Below are positions 9,801-19,187 of a stretch of 64,000 bases of DNA, in pieces. This DNA is from Terriglobia bacterium (GTDB taxonomy: Bacteria; Acidobacteriota; Terriglobia; 20CM-2-55-15), in NCBI GenBank assembly GCA_963664115.2, contig CAXWPJ010000009.1, positions 160,001 through 224,000 on the forward strand, in the 5' to 3' direction. Below the pieces are notes generated by a model. The model saw only the letters and a list, made by a program, of their open reading frames with translations. It made no database searches and was not told where the DNA came from. A program made the position numbers and the translations under genes. How positions within the stretch are numbered: position 1 is the stretch's first letter; each line of letters begins with the position of its first letter.

Positions 9801-12800
9801 TGATGCGGGAGCCGGGGTACACACGGTGACGGTCATTAACTCCGAACCGGGCGGTGGCGTATCCAACGGCGTGATGTTCACGATCACAGGAGCCCCGCCC
9901 GAGCTGACCGCCGTGAACCCGGACAGCGGGATCGCCGGCGTTGCGACGCGGATTGAAGTCAGGGGCCTGAACTTCGAGGAAGGCGCAGCGATTCTCTTCG
10001 ACGGCAGGTCCATTGGCACCCGGTTCGACTCGGAGACGTCGCTGTCGGGGACGATCCTGGCCGAGCTGCCCGGAGTGTTTGCTGTAGCAGTCGAGAACCC
10101 GGACGGGAAGACATCCAACAGTCGGGACTTCACGGTCCTGGTGGGGCCGAACCCCGAGCCCCGGATCAGCGATCTCAACCCAGATCCGTCCGACGTACAG
10201 CCTGGGAATCGGGTGACGATTCGCGGTTCAGGGTTCATCGAAGAAAGCGAGGTGACGATTGATGGGCGCCGGGTTGCTATCGAGGTCTTAAGCGATAGCC
10301 GAATCCGGTTCACCGCCCCAAACCTCAGCGTTGGCGGTCACAGGTTGAGGGTGATCAATCCCGCATCGGAAGGCGGCGGCGGTGGCAGGGACTCTCTGAG
10401 TTTCGATACTGTCTCGCACGAAGTCGTTGCAGACGTCTCCTTCAAGCTGGTGCGGGACCCGACGCTGATCGTCGAGGGTGAAGAAGCTATTATCGCACTG
10501 AGCCTGAGCGAAGCGCTGGACTTTGATCTGGAAGTCACCATAACCGTCGCAGACTCGAGTGTGGCTAAGATCGTGGACGAGGGCGATGAGGTGACGTCGT
10601 CGACGGGTACGATCCATGCTGGAGAAGTGCACGGGTCCGGGCCGATCAAGGGTTTAGCGGAAGGGACGACAACGGTGAAAGTCACCGCGGACGGATTTGA
10701 TACGGTGACGGCGACAATTCGCGTCATGCCGGCGGAGGGCGACGGCATTATCGACAGCGTGTCTCCGGCGAGCATCATCATTCCGGTCGGGGGCTCGTCC
10801 TCGTTCACCGTGACCCGGTTTGAAGACACCCAGGGCGCTCCCATCGCAATCGGGACCAGCACGGCACCGAACGACATCGCCGGCGTGGAATCGGGTCTGA
10901 CCTTCGGGGCGAATTCGCTGACGGTTTCGGGGACGGTCAACGGACTCGCAGCAGGATCCAACACCTTGAAGGTTGCCGGTGTCGATGCGCCGTCGCTGCT
11001 ATCGGACCACGTGATCAACTTCATCCCGCCCGATGTCGATTTGCCGCCGACCGTAGATCTGCAGACGACGGGGCTGGAAATCGAGTTCGAGGACGATGAC
11101 GATGACTATGAAGTGCGAGCGCTCCCGTTCACCTTCCCGTTCTTCGGCGGCGAAGAAGACTCGGTCTTCCCCTCCACGAACGGCTACGTGACCTTTGGCG
11201 CCGGCGACGACGAGTACGAGTGGGACGATCCGGAAGAGTTCCTGTCGATACCGCGCGCCGCCCCGTTTGCGACCGACCTGATATTGGTAGAAGACAGCAG
11301 TGTCTTTACGAACGAGATCACGATCGCGGGCGGCGACGCCTTCGTCGTGACCTACGAAGACATGGGTATCTACGACGAGCCCGACCTCGGCGGCATCCAC
11401 ACCTTCCAGGTCGTTCTATTCGAGACCGGGGCGATCCAGTTCCGCTACGGCGACATCAATAACGCGCCCTCCGAAACCGAAGAAGACGTCTGGGTCGGCG
11501 TCTCGCCGCAGCCGCCGAAGTTCGATGAGCCTTTTTCCGTATGGGGTGATGGCACACATCTTTACGTCGCGGACAGCGACAACGACGCCATTCGCCGCGT
11601 CTCACTGGAAACACGTGAGGTCACGACCTTTGCCGGAGGAACGAACGGCGATACCGACGGGATCGGCACGGCCGCCCAGTTCGACGAACCGCGCGGGATC
11701 ACGGGCGATGGCAACGGGAACCTGTACGTCGCCGATCGAGCCAACCACACGATCCGAAAGATCGCGATCGCGACCGGTGAGGTGACAACACTGGCTGGCG
11801 ATCCCAGCAACCAAGGCGATGAAGACGGAATCGGTTCGGCGGCTAGATTCTTTAGACCGCGGGACCTTGAGATCGTCGGAGGGGATCTCTACGTTACGGA
11901 CCGGGACAACCACACGATCCGCAAAATCGTGATCGGGACCCGCGATGTGACGACGTTTGCCGGTTCTGCGGGTGACGAGGGTTCCGATGATGGAATAGGA
12001 ACGGCTGCCCAGTTCGACCGACCACGCGGAATATGGTCCGACGGCACCTTCCTGTACGTTACCGACGATTTCAATCACACGGTGCGCAAGATCGAGATCG
12101 CGACGGCTGAAGTGACGACGTTTGCCGGCAAGATCGAGATCGCGACGGCTGAAGTGACGACGTTTGCCGGCCTAGCCGACTCCGCCGCCGACGATGACGG
12201 CATCGGATCGGCTGCACGCTTCGATCGTCCGGACGGCATAGACGGCGATGGCACCTATCTCTATGTTACCGAACGGGATAATGCCACGGTCCGGAGGATC
12301 GAGATCGCGACGCGCGAAGTGACGACTCTGGCCGGTGGCACTTTCGGTTTTGAAGACGGCGTCGGTACCGCGGCAAAGTTCCGGACTCCCTCTGGGGTCT
12401 GGCTAGACGGCAACGAGTTGTACATCGCGGATGAAGAAAACAACCTGATACGCAGACTGGACCTGACGAGTGGCGTCGTCGACACTTTCTCCGGCACCTT
12501 AAGTTTCGCCGGTTCCGGAATAAGTCCGGGCCTGATCAACGGTGTGGGAGCCCTCACCGACGACAGCGACGAGACACCGCTCAACAGTAACTACACGTTG
12601 GCCAGGGGCTTCATCTTCGACAAGTTCAATCCGGTCTCCGACAAGCTGATCTCGATTCCCGTCACGGTTACCGGCACGCCGACGCTGACCGGCGCCAGTC
12701 CAGATACTGGTGGAACGAGTAGCTCGTTAACTGTGACGCTGACAGGGACAGGTTTTGTCCCCGGCGGTACCACGGTCTCCGTTTTGGGAAGTGATGTCAC

Positions 12801-15519
12801 TGTCAGTAGCCTAAGTGTTTCAAGTACGACATCTTTGACTGCGACTTTCACGGTAAGCTCTGACCCGAGCCCTGGGGCTGTCAACGTGACGGTGACGACG
12901 GGAGCCGGAACGAGCGGGACCCAAGCCTATACCGTCACCGTGCCTTCACCCACACTGTCCGGCGTTGCGCCAACGTCCGGCCTCCAGGGTGGGGCAACTA
13001 ACGTGACCTTGACTGGAACCAACTTCACGCCGTCGTCAACGGTCAGTGCCGCAAGCAATATCACGGTGAGTAATGTCGTCGTTACTGGAACGACATCCAT
13101 CGCTGCGACACTGACAATCGATTCCGACGCAGCGACTGGTTCGCGGGATATCACCGTCACTACCAACGGCGGAGACGCTACCGTCTCCTTTACTGTCCTT
13201 GTGCCGACTCCCACGATCACGGGTCTCTCTACCGATTCCTTTAAACAGGGTTTCACCGGTCCTGTTACGATCACAGGGACGAACTTTTCCGGGACCGACG
13301 TCACTATAAGCGGGGCTACGGGGGCTTTTGTTTCCGGGTTTACAGTCGACAGCCCGACGCAGATTACGGCTATATTCGTTTTGAGTGCTGCTCCCGGTAC
13401 TCCAAAGGTCAAAGTGACGACCGCGAGCGGAACGAGCAATGAATTCTCGTTCGCTATCAATTCCAGCGATATCACAGCGGCAAGCGAGTTAGAAGCGACA
13501 ACTCTGGCGGGGAGTGAGGGTTTCGGGTCGGAAGACGGGACGGGATCGGCGGCAGCGTTTAATACGCCGAACGGATCCTGGTCGGACGGCACGAATCTTT
13601 ACGTTTCCGATTTCGTCAACCACACGATCCGAAAGATCGTGATCGGGACCGGCGAAGTGACGACGCTGGCGGGGAAGGCGGGAGTATCCGGGTCAGACAA
13701 CGATGCTTCTGGGGGGACCGACGCGCGTTTCAACGGACCGGCCGGTATCGTCGGCGATGGATCCGGGAATCTGTATGTCGCTGATTTCAATAACAACACG
13801 ATCCGGAAGATAGTGGTTTCCGGTGGTGTTGCAACCTCCGTTTCGACCCTGGCTGGCGACGCCAGCGAGGCGGCAGGGACTTTGGATGGTACCGGTAGCG
13901 CGGCTCGCTTCAACGGCCCATTCGGTATCTCCTGTTGCGGTGGCGCCCCTTCCGCCCTCTACGTGACCGATAGTGGCAATCACACGATCCGGGAGATCGT
14001 CGTCTCATCCGGTGCAGTGACGACCCCGGTGGGTGTGGCCGGAACCTCAGGATTCGTAAATGCGTCGGATAACCTTGCAAAATTCAATACGCCCAAGGGT
14101 CTCACTGAAATCAGCGGCAATCTCTATGTCGCGGATTCGGGAAACAACGCGATCCGAAAAGTCACGACTGTGGGAACACACAACGTGACGACCTTCGCCG
14201 GCAGCACGGCCGGAACCCCGGGTTCTACCGACGCTACCGGCACGGCGGCGCTATTCAACGGTCCGGTGGGTATCACTGCCGACGGCACAACCAGTCTGCT
14301 TGTCGGCGACCAGCTCAACCATACGATTCGGAAGATACAAATCTCAGACCAGGTAGTATCCACCTTTGGGGGTGCGGCCGCCAGCAGCGGCTTTGTCAAT
14401 GGCAATGCAAGCACCGCGCGGTTCAACCGACCCGGATTCGTGTTTGTTGCCAGCAGTACGTTGTATGTATCGGACGAGCTGAATCATGCGATCCGGAGCA
14501 CGGACACCGGTACCGTCTCTTTCTCCACACTTGCAGGGAGCCCAAACCCCAAGAGTGGAACGACGGATGAGACAGGGTCGAAGGCCCGATTCAATTTCCC
14601 GGGTGGGACGTGGGGCGATGGTTTGGGGAACCTCTACGTTTCAGACACCCTCAACCACACGATTCGAAAGATCGTGCTATCTACCGGTGCCGTGACGACC
14701 CTTTGGGGTTCAGGGTCTTCAGGTTCTACAAATGCCAAATTTACCTCGGCTGAATTTAGTTTCCCTGAAGGTTTGTGGGGTGACGGTCTGGGCATCCTGT
14801 ACGTTGCCGACACGGGAAACCACTTGATTCGTAAGATAGACATCTCGTCGGGAGACGTGACAACCTTGGCCGGTACAGGCTCAGCCGGACAGGCGGACCT
14901 GAGTGGGATAAGTGCTTCATTTGATTCTCCCCACGCTCTCTGGGGTGATAGCGCGACGCTCTATGTTGCGGACAAGAACAACCATGTGATCCGCAAGATT
15001 GTGATTTCAGGGGCGGCTGTTACCACGTTCGCCGGTGTCACCGACGATCCTGGCTTCCTGAATGATGATGGAACTTCAGCCAAGTTCAATACGCCACTGG
15101 GGATATGGGGTGACGATTCGAATATCTATGTGACGGACGGTCACAACAACAGAATTCGCAAGATTGAAATTGGCGGCACACAGACAGTAACAACGATTGC
15201 GGGGTCGGGGGACCCTAACGCAGTCGACAACGAGGATGGAGCTTTGGCCGCGTTCGCTTTTCCTCACGCGATCTGGGGAGATGGAACCAGCCTCTGGGTT
15301 GCCGACCTGAACAACAACTCGATTCGTAAAGTTGAAATTGCGAGCACTCACGCTGTAAGTACCGTAGCAGGGTTGGCCGGTAGCGCCGGCTTTGTCAACG
15401 GCACCGGTTCGGCCGCCCGGTTCAACTCGCCGCAGACAATCTGGGGTGATGGTGAGAATCTGTATATCTCGGGGGGCTCGAACCACCAGGTCAGAAAGCT
15501 CAGTCCTGTCCTCGAATAG
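6853..15519 (+). CDS. giant multi-domain surface protein (carboxypeptidase-regulatory-like, IPT/TIG repeats, YVTN beta-propeller, NIDO-like, NHL propellers); 5'-truncated at the IS630
   Basis: GSISGRVT...SDSQGRYNFGQLPAGEYTV; repeated PxIxxVxP...GxGF...NPxPGGG (IPT); V.VG..P.GVA...N.G...VSVID (YVTN); LPFTFPFFG..STNGYVTFG..TFQVVLF (NIDO-like); many F..P.G...DG..LYV.D..NHTIRKI (NHL). There is no signal peptide and the ORF starts 6 bp after the IS end. Confidence 0.88.
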   Translation: MRGWAYLRSDVALVGSALLGTDNGFALVNVSGAVLEADFIPPAQVVGSISGRVTQDGVGVAEVTLSLAGTLQATTASDSQGRYNFGQLPAGEYTVTASRVGALFVPGERTVTLGLENVTDQDFQAGGVIPAEVPEVRIITPSAAFQGTELLNLTIQGANFNPASVVEFDGEALQTTFVSAGELQAVLSADLLGETGSADIRVVTPPPGGGSSSAAVFVVNLVPDNPLIEGRVEVGAFPAGVAIDPNRHIALVSNEGADTVSVIDLETLEVTSTIAVGRSPDEGIAIDSGRDLALVANAGDNNVSVIDLETNTVTGTIDVGRFPMGIAIDRGEAVAIVVNGADDTVTFIDVTNNQVLGTLGVGSRPAGVAVHDGLDIAVVTNRGSGTVSLIDVRTQTSVGTIAVGDFPRGVAIDEANDLAVVVNSNSDSVSLIDLNDRELVGTVSVGTAPTAVAIHEATGHGVVTNSGVTRATTSLGALTTASIVNINSADRLEDIPVGSAAFGVAVDEDLQLAVVANFGSNDVTVIRIPNPIPRVSDVSPKTFPAGGGEFTITVSGTGFLPTSVVTLNGKSLPTTFVSSTRLRAVVSAGIVEDLLNVSALSGMSALSLKDADPLVSAQHITAEFNVGVSNPGPGGGPSPEPPNSGSNDIEVENPEPILRTISPRQIDIGADEFVLRLSGRNFNRTSVVNFGSSRHSGFDVDETSIRVRIPGSDLVIGETAVSVTNPEPGGGTSRSLEFTVTDPANPAPVIESVDPRSVPAGSVALGLSIEGSGFIPGVTTVRLDGDRLEATVTETSIDAVVPADLFAVPETLSGLVLNPEPGGGTATFSINVLNPEPTIAGFSPETAEAGISLELTVRGTGFGPASEITLDATPIDTRYVSDTELLGRVPAGLLESGVERRIGVHSPPPGGGSVSGGVLAVVNPVPVIERVNPAEVHVDDLPVRVTVRGSGFLPNSRVELNQPVAVTDLEISGSETLSFTVPADAGAGVHTVTVINSEPGGGVSNGVMFTITGAPPELTAVNPDSGIAGVATRIEVRGLNFEEGAAILFDGRSIGTRFDSETSLSGTILAELPGVFAVAVENPDGKTSNSRDFTVLVGPNPEPRISDLNPDPSDVQPGNRVTIRGSGFIEESEVTIDGRRVAIEVLSDSRIRFTAPNLSVGGHRLRVINPASEGGGGGRDSLSFDTVSHEVVADVSFKLVRDPTLIVEGEEAIIALSLSEALDFDLEVTITVADSSVAKIVDEGDEVTSSTGTIHAGEVHGSGPIKGLAEGTTTVKVTADGFDTVTATIRVMPAEGDGIIDSVSPASIIIPVGGSSSFTVTRFEDTQGAPIAIGTSTAPNDIAGVESGLTFGANSLTVSGTVNGLAAGSNTLKVAGVDAPSLLSDHVINFIPPDVDLPPTVDLQTTGLEIEFEDDDDDYEVRALPFTFPFFGGEEDSVFPSTNGYVTFGAGDDEYEWDDPEEFLSIPRAAPFATDLILVEDSSVFTNEITIAGGDAFVVTYEDMGIYDEPDLGGIHTFQVVLFETGAIQFRYGDINNAPSETEEDVWVGVSPQPPKFDEPFSVWGDGTHLYVADSDNDAIRRVSLETREVTTFAGGTNGDTDGIGTAAQFDEPRGITGDGNGNLYVADRANHTIRKIAIATGEVTTLAGDPSNQGDEDGIGSAARFFRPRDLEIVGGDLYVTDRDNHTIRKIVIGTRDVTTFAGSAGDEGSDDGIGTAAQFDRPRGIWSDGTFLYVTDDFNHTVRKIEIATAEVTTFAGKIEIATAEVTTFAGLADSAADDDGIGSAARFDRPDGIDGDGTYLYVTERDNATVRRIEIATREVTTLAGGTFGFEDGVGTAAKFRTPSGVWLDGNELYIADEENNLIRRLDLTSGVVDTFSGTLSFAGSGISPGLINGVGALTDDSDETPLNSNYTLARGFIFDKFNPVSDKLISIPVTVTGTPTLTGASPDTGGTSSSLTVTLTGTGFVPGGTTVSVLGSDVTVSSLSVSSTTSLTATFTVSSDPSPGAVNVTVTTGAGTSGTQAYTVTVPSPTLSGVAPTSGLQGGATNVTLTGTNFTPSSTVSAASNITVSNVVVTGTTSIAATLTIDSDAATGSRDITVTTNGGDATVSFTVLVPTPTITGLSTDSFKQGFTGPVTITGTNFSGTDVTISGATGAFVSGFTVDSPTQITAIFVLSAAPGTPKVKVTTASGTSNEFSFAINSSDITAASELEATTLAGSEGFGSEDGTGSAAAFNTPNGSWSDGTNLYVSDFVNHTIRKIVIGTGEVTTLAGKAGVSGSDNDASGGTDARFNGPAGIVGDGSGNLYVADFNNNTIRKIVVSGGVATSVSTLAGDASEAAGTLDGTGSAARFNGPFGISCCGGAPSALYVTDSGNHTIREIVVSSGAVTTPVGVAGTSGFVNASDNLAKFNTPKGLTEISGNLYVADSGNNAIRKVTTVGTHNVTTFAGSTAGTPGSTDATGTAALFNGPVGITADGTTSLLVGDQLNHTIRKIQISDQVVSTFGGAAASSGFVNGNASTARFNRPGFVFVASSTLYVSDELNHAIRSTDTGTVSFSTLAGSPNPKSGTTDETGSKARFNFPGGTWGDGLGNLYVSDTLNHTIRKIVLSTGAVTTLWGSGSSGSTNAKFTSAEFSFPEGLWGDGLGILYVADTGNHLIRKIDISSGDVTTLAGTGSAGQADLSGISASFDSPHALWGDSATLYVADKNNHVIRKIVISGAAVTTFAGVTDDPGFLNDDGTSAKFNTPLGIWGDDSNIYVTDGHNNRIRKIEIGGTQTVTTIAGSGDPNAVDNEDGALAAFAFPHAIWGDGTSLWVADLNNNSIRKVEIASTHAVSTVAGLAGSAGFVNGTGSAARFNSPQTIWGDGENLYISGGSNHQVRKLSPVLE
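12086..12171 (+). repeat. exact in-frame 42-bp tandem duplication within an NHL repeat
   Basis: GCAAGATCGAGATCGCGACGGCTGAAGTGACGACGTTTGCCG occurs twice in tandem and encodes KIEIATAEVTTFAG twice. Confidence 0.95.
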
Positions 15520-15770
15520 CTGATTGTGCCCCAAGTCGCCTTCCGTGTGTCTCACCAGCTATATATGATTCACGCACAGTCAATCCTCGCGTTGTGGGTT
15601 GCGACCGTGTTGGATTTGGCGGCGGCGACGAGCGCGTCTTGGAAAGTAATCGGGGACGGCCCAAGCTGTTCGGCTGATCTTAGGAACGGATCCTTTGAAT
15701 CCGCCCAGCAGACCCGGCTATCAGTCCAGCTGAGGCACCCCTCCCTGCAGTGGCTCCACGCCGACCCCAG

Positions 15771-15779
15771 TGATACAAT
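15771..15779 (+). promoter_or_regulatory. extended -10 promoter element for the glycosyltransferase cluster
   Basis: TGaTACAAT lies about 35 bp upstream of the GGGAGG-preceded ATG at 15815. Confidence 0.55.
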
Positions 15780-15814
15780 TTGTTTGCTGTTTTCTGGCAC
15801 CTTGGGGAGGTCTC

Positions 15815-16513
15815 ATGGAGAGAACTCGAACTGTGGTTGTGGTACTCCCGGCCTATAACGAGGGCCGGATGGTTCGTGACGTGATCGCCCACCTTCCTGA
15901 TTCGATCGATGGCATTCCATTAATTCCCATAGTCGTTGACGATGGCTCTTCCGATCAAACGAGCCGTGGGGCACGCGATGCGGGAGCTCTGGTGGTTCGG
16001 CATCGGACAAATCTCGGTGTGGGGGTGGCAACGCGCACCGGGTTTCGGGCTGCATGCGAGCTCGATGCGGATGTGATTGTAACGATGGACGCCGATGGGC
16101 AGCATGATCCGAACGACCTGCCGACCTTGGTCCGTGCAATCACCAACGGGGACTGTGATGTGGCCCTCGGCACCCGGCCGATCAGCTTTCGCACGATGCC
16201 GTGGTCTCGCTACATCGCCAACACCCTTTCCTACGCAGTGGTCGCAATGCTGTACGGGCGGAGAGTGGACGATTCACAGTCAGGATTTAAGGCCTTTACG
16301 CGCCATGCCGTCGAAACGATGGAGCTTAGCGCTAACGGCTATGAGATTTGTTCCGAAATGGTTGGCGAAATGTTTTCGAAGAAACTCCGCTACCGGTCCG
16401 TGCCGATTAGGGCGATCTACACCGAGTACTCCCAGAGGAAAGCCCAGCCGTTCCTGAACGGGGTCAACATCATTTTGCGGCTTCTGGCTGGACGACTGAT
16501 CCACGTGCGATGA
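15815..16513 (+). CDS. GT2 glycosyltransferase (polyprenol-phosphate mannose synthase-like)
   Basis: Motifs LPAYNE, VVDDGSSD, NLGVG, TMDADGQH, DSQSGFKAF. ATG 15815 has an RBS. Confidence 0.93.
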   Translation: MERTRTVVVVLPAYNEGRMVRDVIAHLPDSIDGIPLIPIVVDDGSSDQTSRGARDAGALVVRHRTNLGVGVATRTGFRAACELDADVIVTMDADGQHDPNDLPTLVRAITNGDCDVALGTRPISFRTMPWSRYIANTLSYAVVAMLYGRRVDDSQSGFKAFTRHAVETMELSANGYEICSEMVGEMFSKKLRYRSVPIRAIYTEYSQRKAQPFLNGVNIILRLLAGRLIHVR

Positions 16514-16887
16514 TTGTCATTCTCACCAAGACCTTCGCGATACTGTTAGCGCTCATCGTAATTTCAAAGAGTTATACGGACCTGCGGCTCCGAAGGGAAT
16601 CGTTGCTGATGTTCCTGTTCTGGACGACAACGTGGCTGGGTATCGTTCTCGTAGCTTTGGCGCCGTCGATCGTGGATCGTATCATCGCAATTGGCGGCGG
16701 GCAGGCCGGCATTGGGACTGTCTTCGGTATAACCTTCATGTTTATGTTCTTCGTCGTCTATCGAATTTACGTCAAACTGGATCGGACCGAGCAAAAGATG
16801 GTCCGGTTGGTTCAGGAGTTGGCCATGGAGGATGCGAAGATCGAAAAGCCTCCGGTCAAGCGATCTTCGGTCTCCGATGACGCTTGA
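16510..16887 (+). CDS. DUF2304-like small membrane protein
   Basis: Three TM helices then a coiled tail (EQKMVRLVQELA). It overlaps the GT2 stop, the usual GT2-DUF2304 pairing. Confidence 0.75.
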   Translation: MIVILTKTFAILLALIVISKSYTDLRLRRESLLMFLFWTTTWLGIVLVALAPSIVDRIIAIGGGQAGIGTVFGITFMFMFFVVYRIYVKLDRTEQKMVRLVQELAMEDAKIEKPPVKRSSVSDDA

Positions 16888-16999
16888 TGTCCTTTCCCGC
16901 CTGGGTCACCCAGTCACAGTCGTCGAAGTGGAAGCGATGCGGGCCAACTGAGCCCACAACCGTTTTTAAGATAGATGATGACCCCGTTTACAAGCTGAG

Positions 17000-17953
17000 A
17001 TGATGACAGATAAGAAGACAAAACACGCGGGTACGAAAAAGATGCTCGTGTTGGGAGCGCGCGGCACTGTGGGCCGCACTTTGGTCGACGAACTGGCTGG
17101 CCGGAAGCATGATCTGGTGATTGCGGATCGGGGATACTTCTCGGCGCCGAATTACTACAAGTGCGACATATCGGAGTATCGGCAACTGGAGCAGATTTTC
17201 CTCGATCACGACGTCGGATTTGTTTACAACTTGGCGGCCGAGTTCGGTCGCTGGAACGGCGAGGCCTTTTATGAAAATCTATGGACGACGAACGTCGTCG
17301 GGTTCAAGCACCTTCTGAGACTGCAGGAGCGATTCAAGTTTCGGATGGTCCACTTTTCATCCTCTGAAGTTTACGGAGACTACGATGGCGTCATGGCGGA
17401 AGACGTGATGGACACGCACGAAATTCGCCAACTCAACGACTACGCGATGACCAAGTGGGTGAATGAAATGCAGGCCTTGAACTCGGCCGCCATGTTCGGT
17501 ACCGAGACCGTCCGCGTGCGCTTATTCAACACCTACGGACCTGGAGAGTACTACAGCCCTTACCGCAGCGCCCTGTGCATCTTTTGTTATCACGCCCTGC
17601 ACGATCTCCCTTATACCGTTTATCTGGGCCACCGACGCACATCGACTTTCGTCACGGATGCCTGCAGGACACTGGCGAACATCTATGAACGGTTTCGCCC
17701 TGGTGAGGTCTACAACATCGGCGGTCGTGATTTGCACGACATGAAAACGAGTTCGGATATCATCATGAAGCTGCTCGGAAAGAGCGATGATATCGTGTCC
17801 TATCAAGAAGGTGAACCGTTTACGACCAAGGACAAGGTTGTGGATATCAGCAAGGCCGAACGAGAGCTCGATCATAAGAGCACCGTCGATCTGGAGGCCG
17901 GTTTGGCGCGCACATTGGAATGGATGAAAAGCGTTTACAGTGTGGACCGCTGA
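17000..17953 (+). CDS. NAD-dependent sugar-nucleotide epimerase/dehydratase
   Basis: GxxGxxG (GARGTVG), SSSEVYG, YxxxK (YAMTK), RLFNTYGP. Confidence 0.93.
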   Translation: MMTDKKTKHAGTKKMLVLGARGTVGRTLVDELAGRKHDLVIADRGYFSAPNYYKCDISEYRQLEQIFLDHDVGFVYNLAAEFGRWNGEAFYENLWTTNVVGFKHLLRLQERFKFRMVHFSSSEVYGDYDGVMAEDVMDTHEIRQLNDYAMTKWVNEMQALNSAAMFGTETVRVRLFNTYGPGEYYSPYRSALCIFCYHALHDLPYTVYLGHRRTSTFVTDACRTLANIYERFRPGEVYNIGGRDLHDMKTSSDIIMKLLGKSDDIVSYQEGEPFTTKDKVVDISKAERELDHKSTVDLEAGLARTLEWMKSVYSVDR

Positions 17954-17975
17954 GATCCGGCCAGCGGATTAAGGC

Positions 17976-19187
17976 TTGCTGTTGAAGATCCTTGTCGTTC
18001 ATGAGGTCAACTACCTCACAAAGATAGTTTACGAATTCCAGATCCTGCCCGAACTCCTTTCCATTCTAGGGCACGACGTTACCGTCGTAGATTTTGACGA
18101 TACCTGGGACGAAGTGTCGGATCGGCCTGTCATCGACCTCCGCACGACGCGTCAATCCGGAGTGCATCGCGCTTATCCAGATGCTTCGGTTCGTCTTAGG
18201 CATCCGGGCGTAGTCCGCTTACCCCTTGTCGCGAGGCTGTCCGGGGCCTTGACGAACGCGGTCGAGGTCTATAGAGCGCTCAGCGATTCCGACTACGACG
18301 TCGTTCTCCTCTATGGCGTTCCCACGGTTGGAATTCAGACTTGTCTCTCGGCGAGAAAACACGGTGTGCCCATCGTTTTCAGGTCAATCGACATTAGTCA
18401 CCAGCTTGTGCCTGCATCTGTTTTGGCGCCGCCGACTCGGCTGATCGAAAAGATCATCTATAACACCGCCGACGGGATTTCAGCGCTGACCCCCAGAATT
18501 CGGGACTATGTCCAATCGTACGGCGTCCCCGCGTCAAAAATTCATGTCCTGCCCGCAGGCGTTGACATGGAACGTTTCTGTCCAGGCTCCAGGAACGACG
18601 CCCTTCTTTCGGACTGGGGCATTACGCAAGCGGACCGTGTGATTCTCTTTATGGGGACAATCTATCGTTTCAGCGGTCTGGATCGCGTCATTGGGGACTT
18701 CCCAGCTTTGTTGTCCCGACATCCGAACTCCAAGCTGCTGGTGGTGGGAAAGGGCGATGACATGGAACGTCTGAAAAAGCGGTCTGAGAGCGTTGGAGTC
18801 TCCTCGAACGTGGTGTTCACAGGCGTCCAACCTTACTCATTGCTGCCCGACATTATCCGATCCTCAGATCTTTGCATCAATCCGTTCGAGCTCAACGCGA
18901 TAACTCGAGACATCTTGCCGACCAAGCTGTTCCAGTACTTGGCGTGCGGCCGTCCCCTGGTTGCGACCCAATTGCCGGGAACCATGCCGTTTCTCACAGG
19001 TGAGAGTGAAGGTGTCGTTTACAGAACGCTTCCCAACATCGTCAACACGCTGGCCGACCTACTGGATGCACCCCAACGGTGTGCAGAATTGGGAAACAAT
19101 GCTTCCCGTGCGATGGGTAGGCAGTATGACTGGAAACACATTGCCCAATCCCTGGCCAACTGGATCGAGGAGATCATTCAACGATGA
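17976..19187 (+). CDS. GT4 family glycosyltransferase
   Basis: GT-B fold motifs GVDMERF, LLVVGKG, PTKLFQYLACGRPLV. Confidence 0.9.
   Translation: MLLKILVVHEVNYLTKIVYEFQILPELLSILGHDVTVVDFDDTWDEVSDRPVIDLRTTRQSGVHRAYPDASVRLRHPGVVRLPLVARLSGALTNAVEVYRALSDSDYDVVLLYGVPTVGIQTCLSARKHGVPIVFRSIDISHQLVPASVLAPPTRLIEKIIYNTADGISALTPRIRDYVQSYGVPASKIHVLPAGVDMERFCPGSRNDALLSDWGITQADRVILFMGTIYRFSGLDRVIGDFPALLSRHPNSKLLVVGKGDDMERLKKRSESVGVSSNVVFTGVQPYSLLPDIIRSSDLCINPFELNAITRDILPTKLFQYLACGRPLVATQLPGTMPFLTGESEGVVYRTLPNIVNTLADLLDAPQRCAELGNNASRAMGRQYDWKHIAQSLANWIEEIIQR

Noticed and set aside
11525-15500. Recurring AACCACACGATCCG-like motifs as a CRISPR array
   Set aside because: They are in-frame NHL repeat codons (NHTIRK) with about 160-bp spacing and degenerate sequence, and there are no cas genes.
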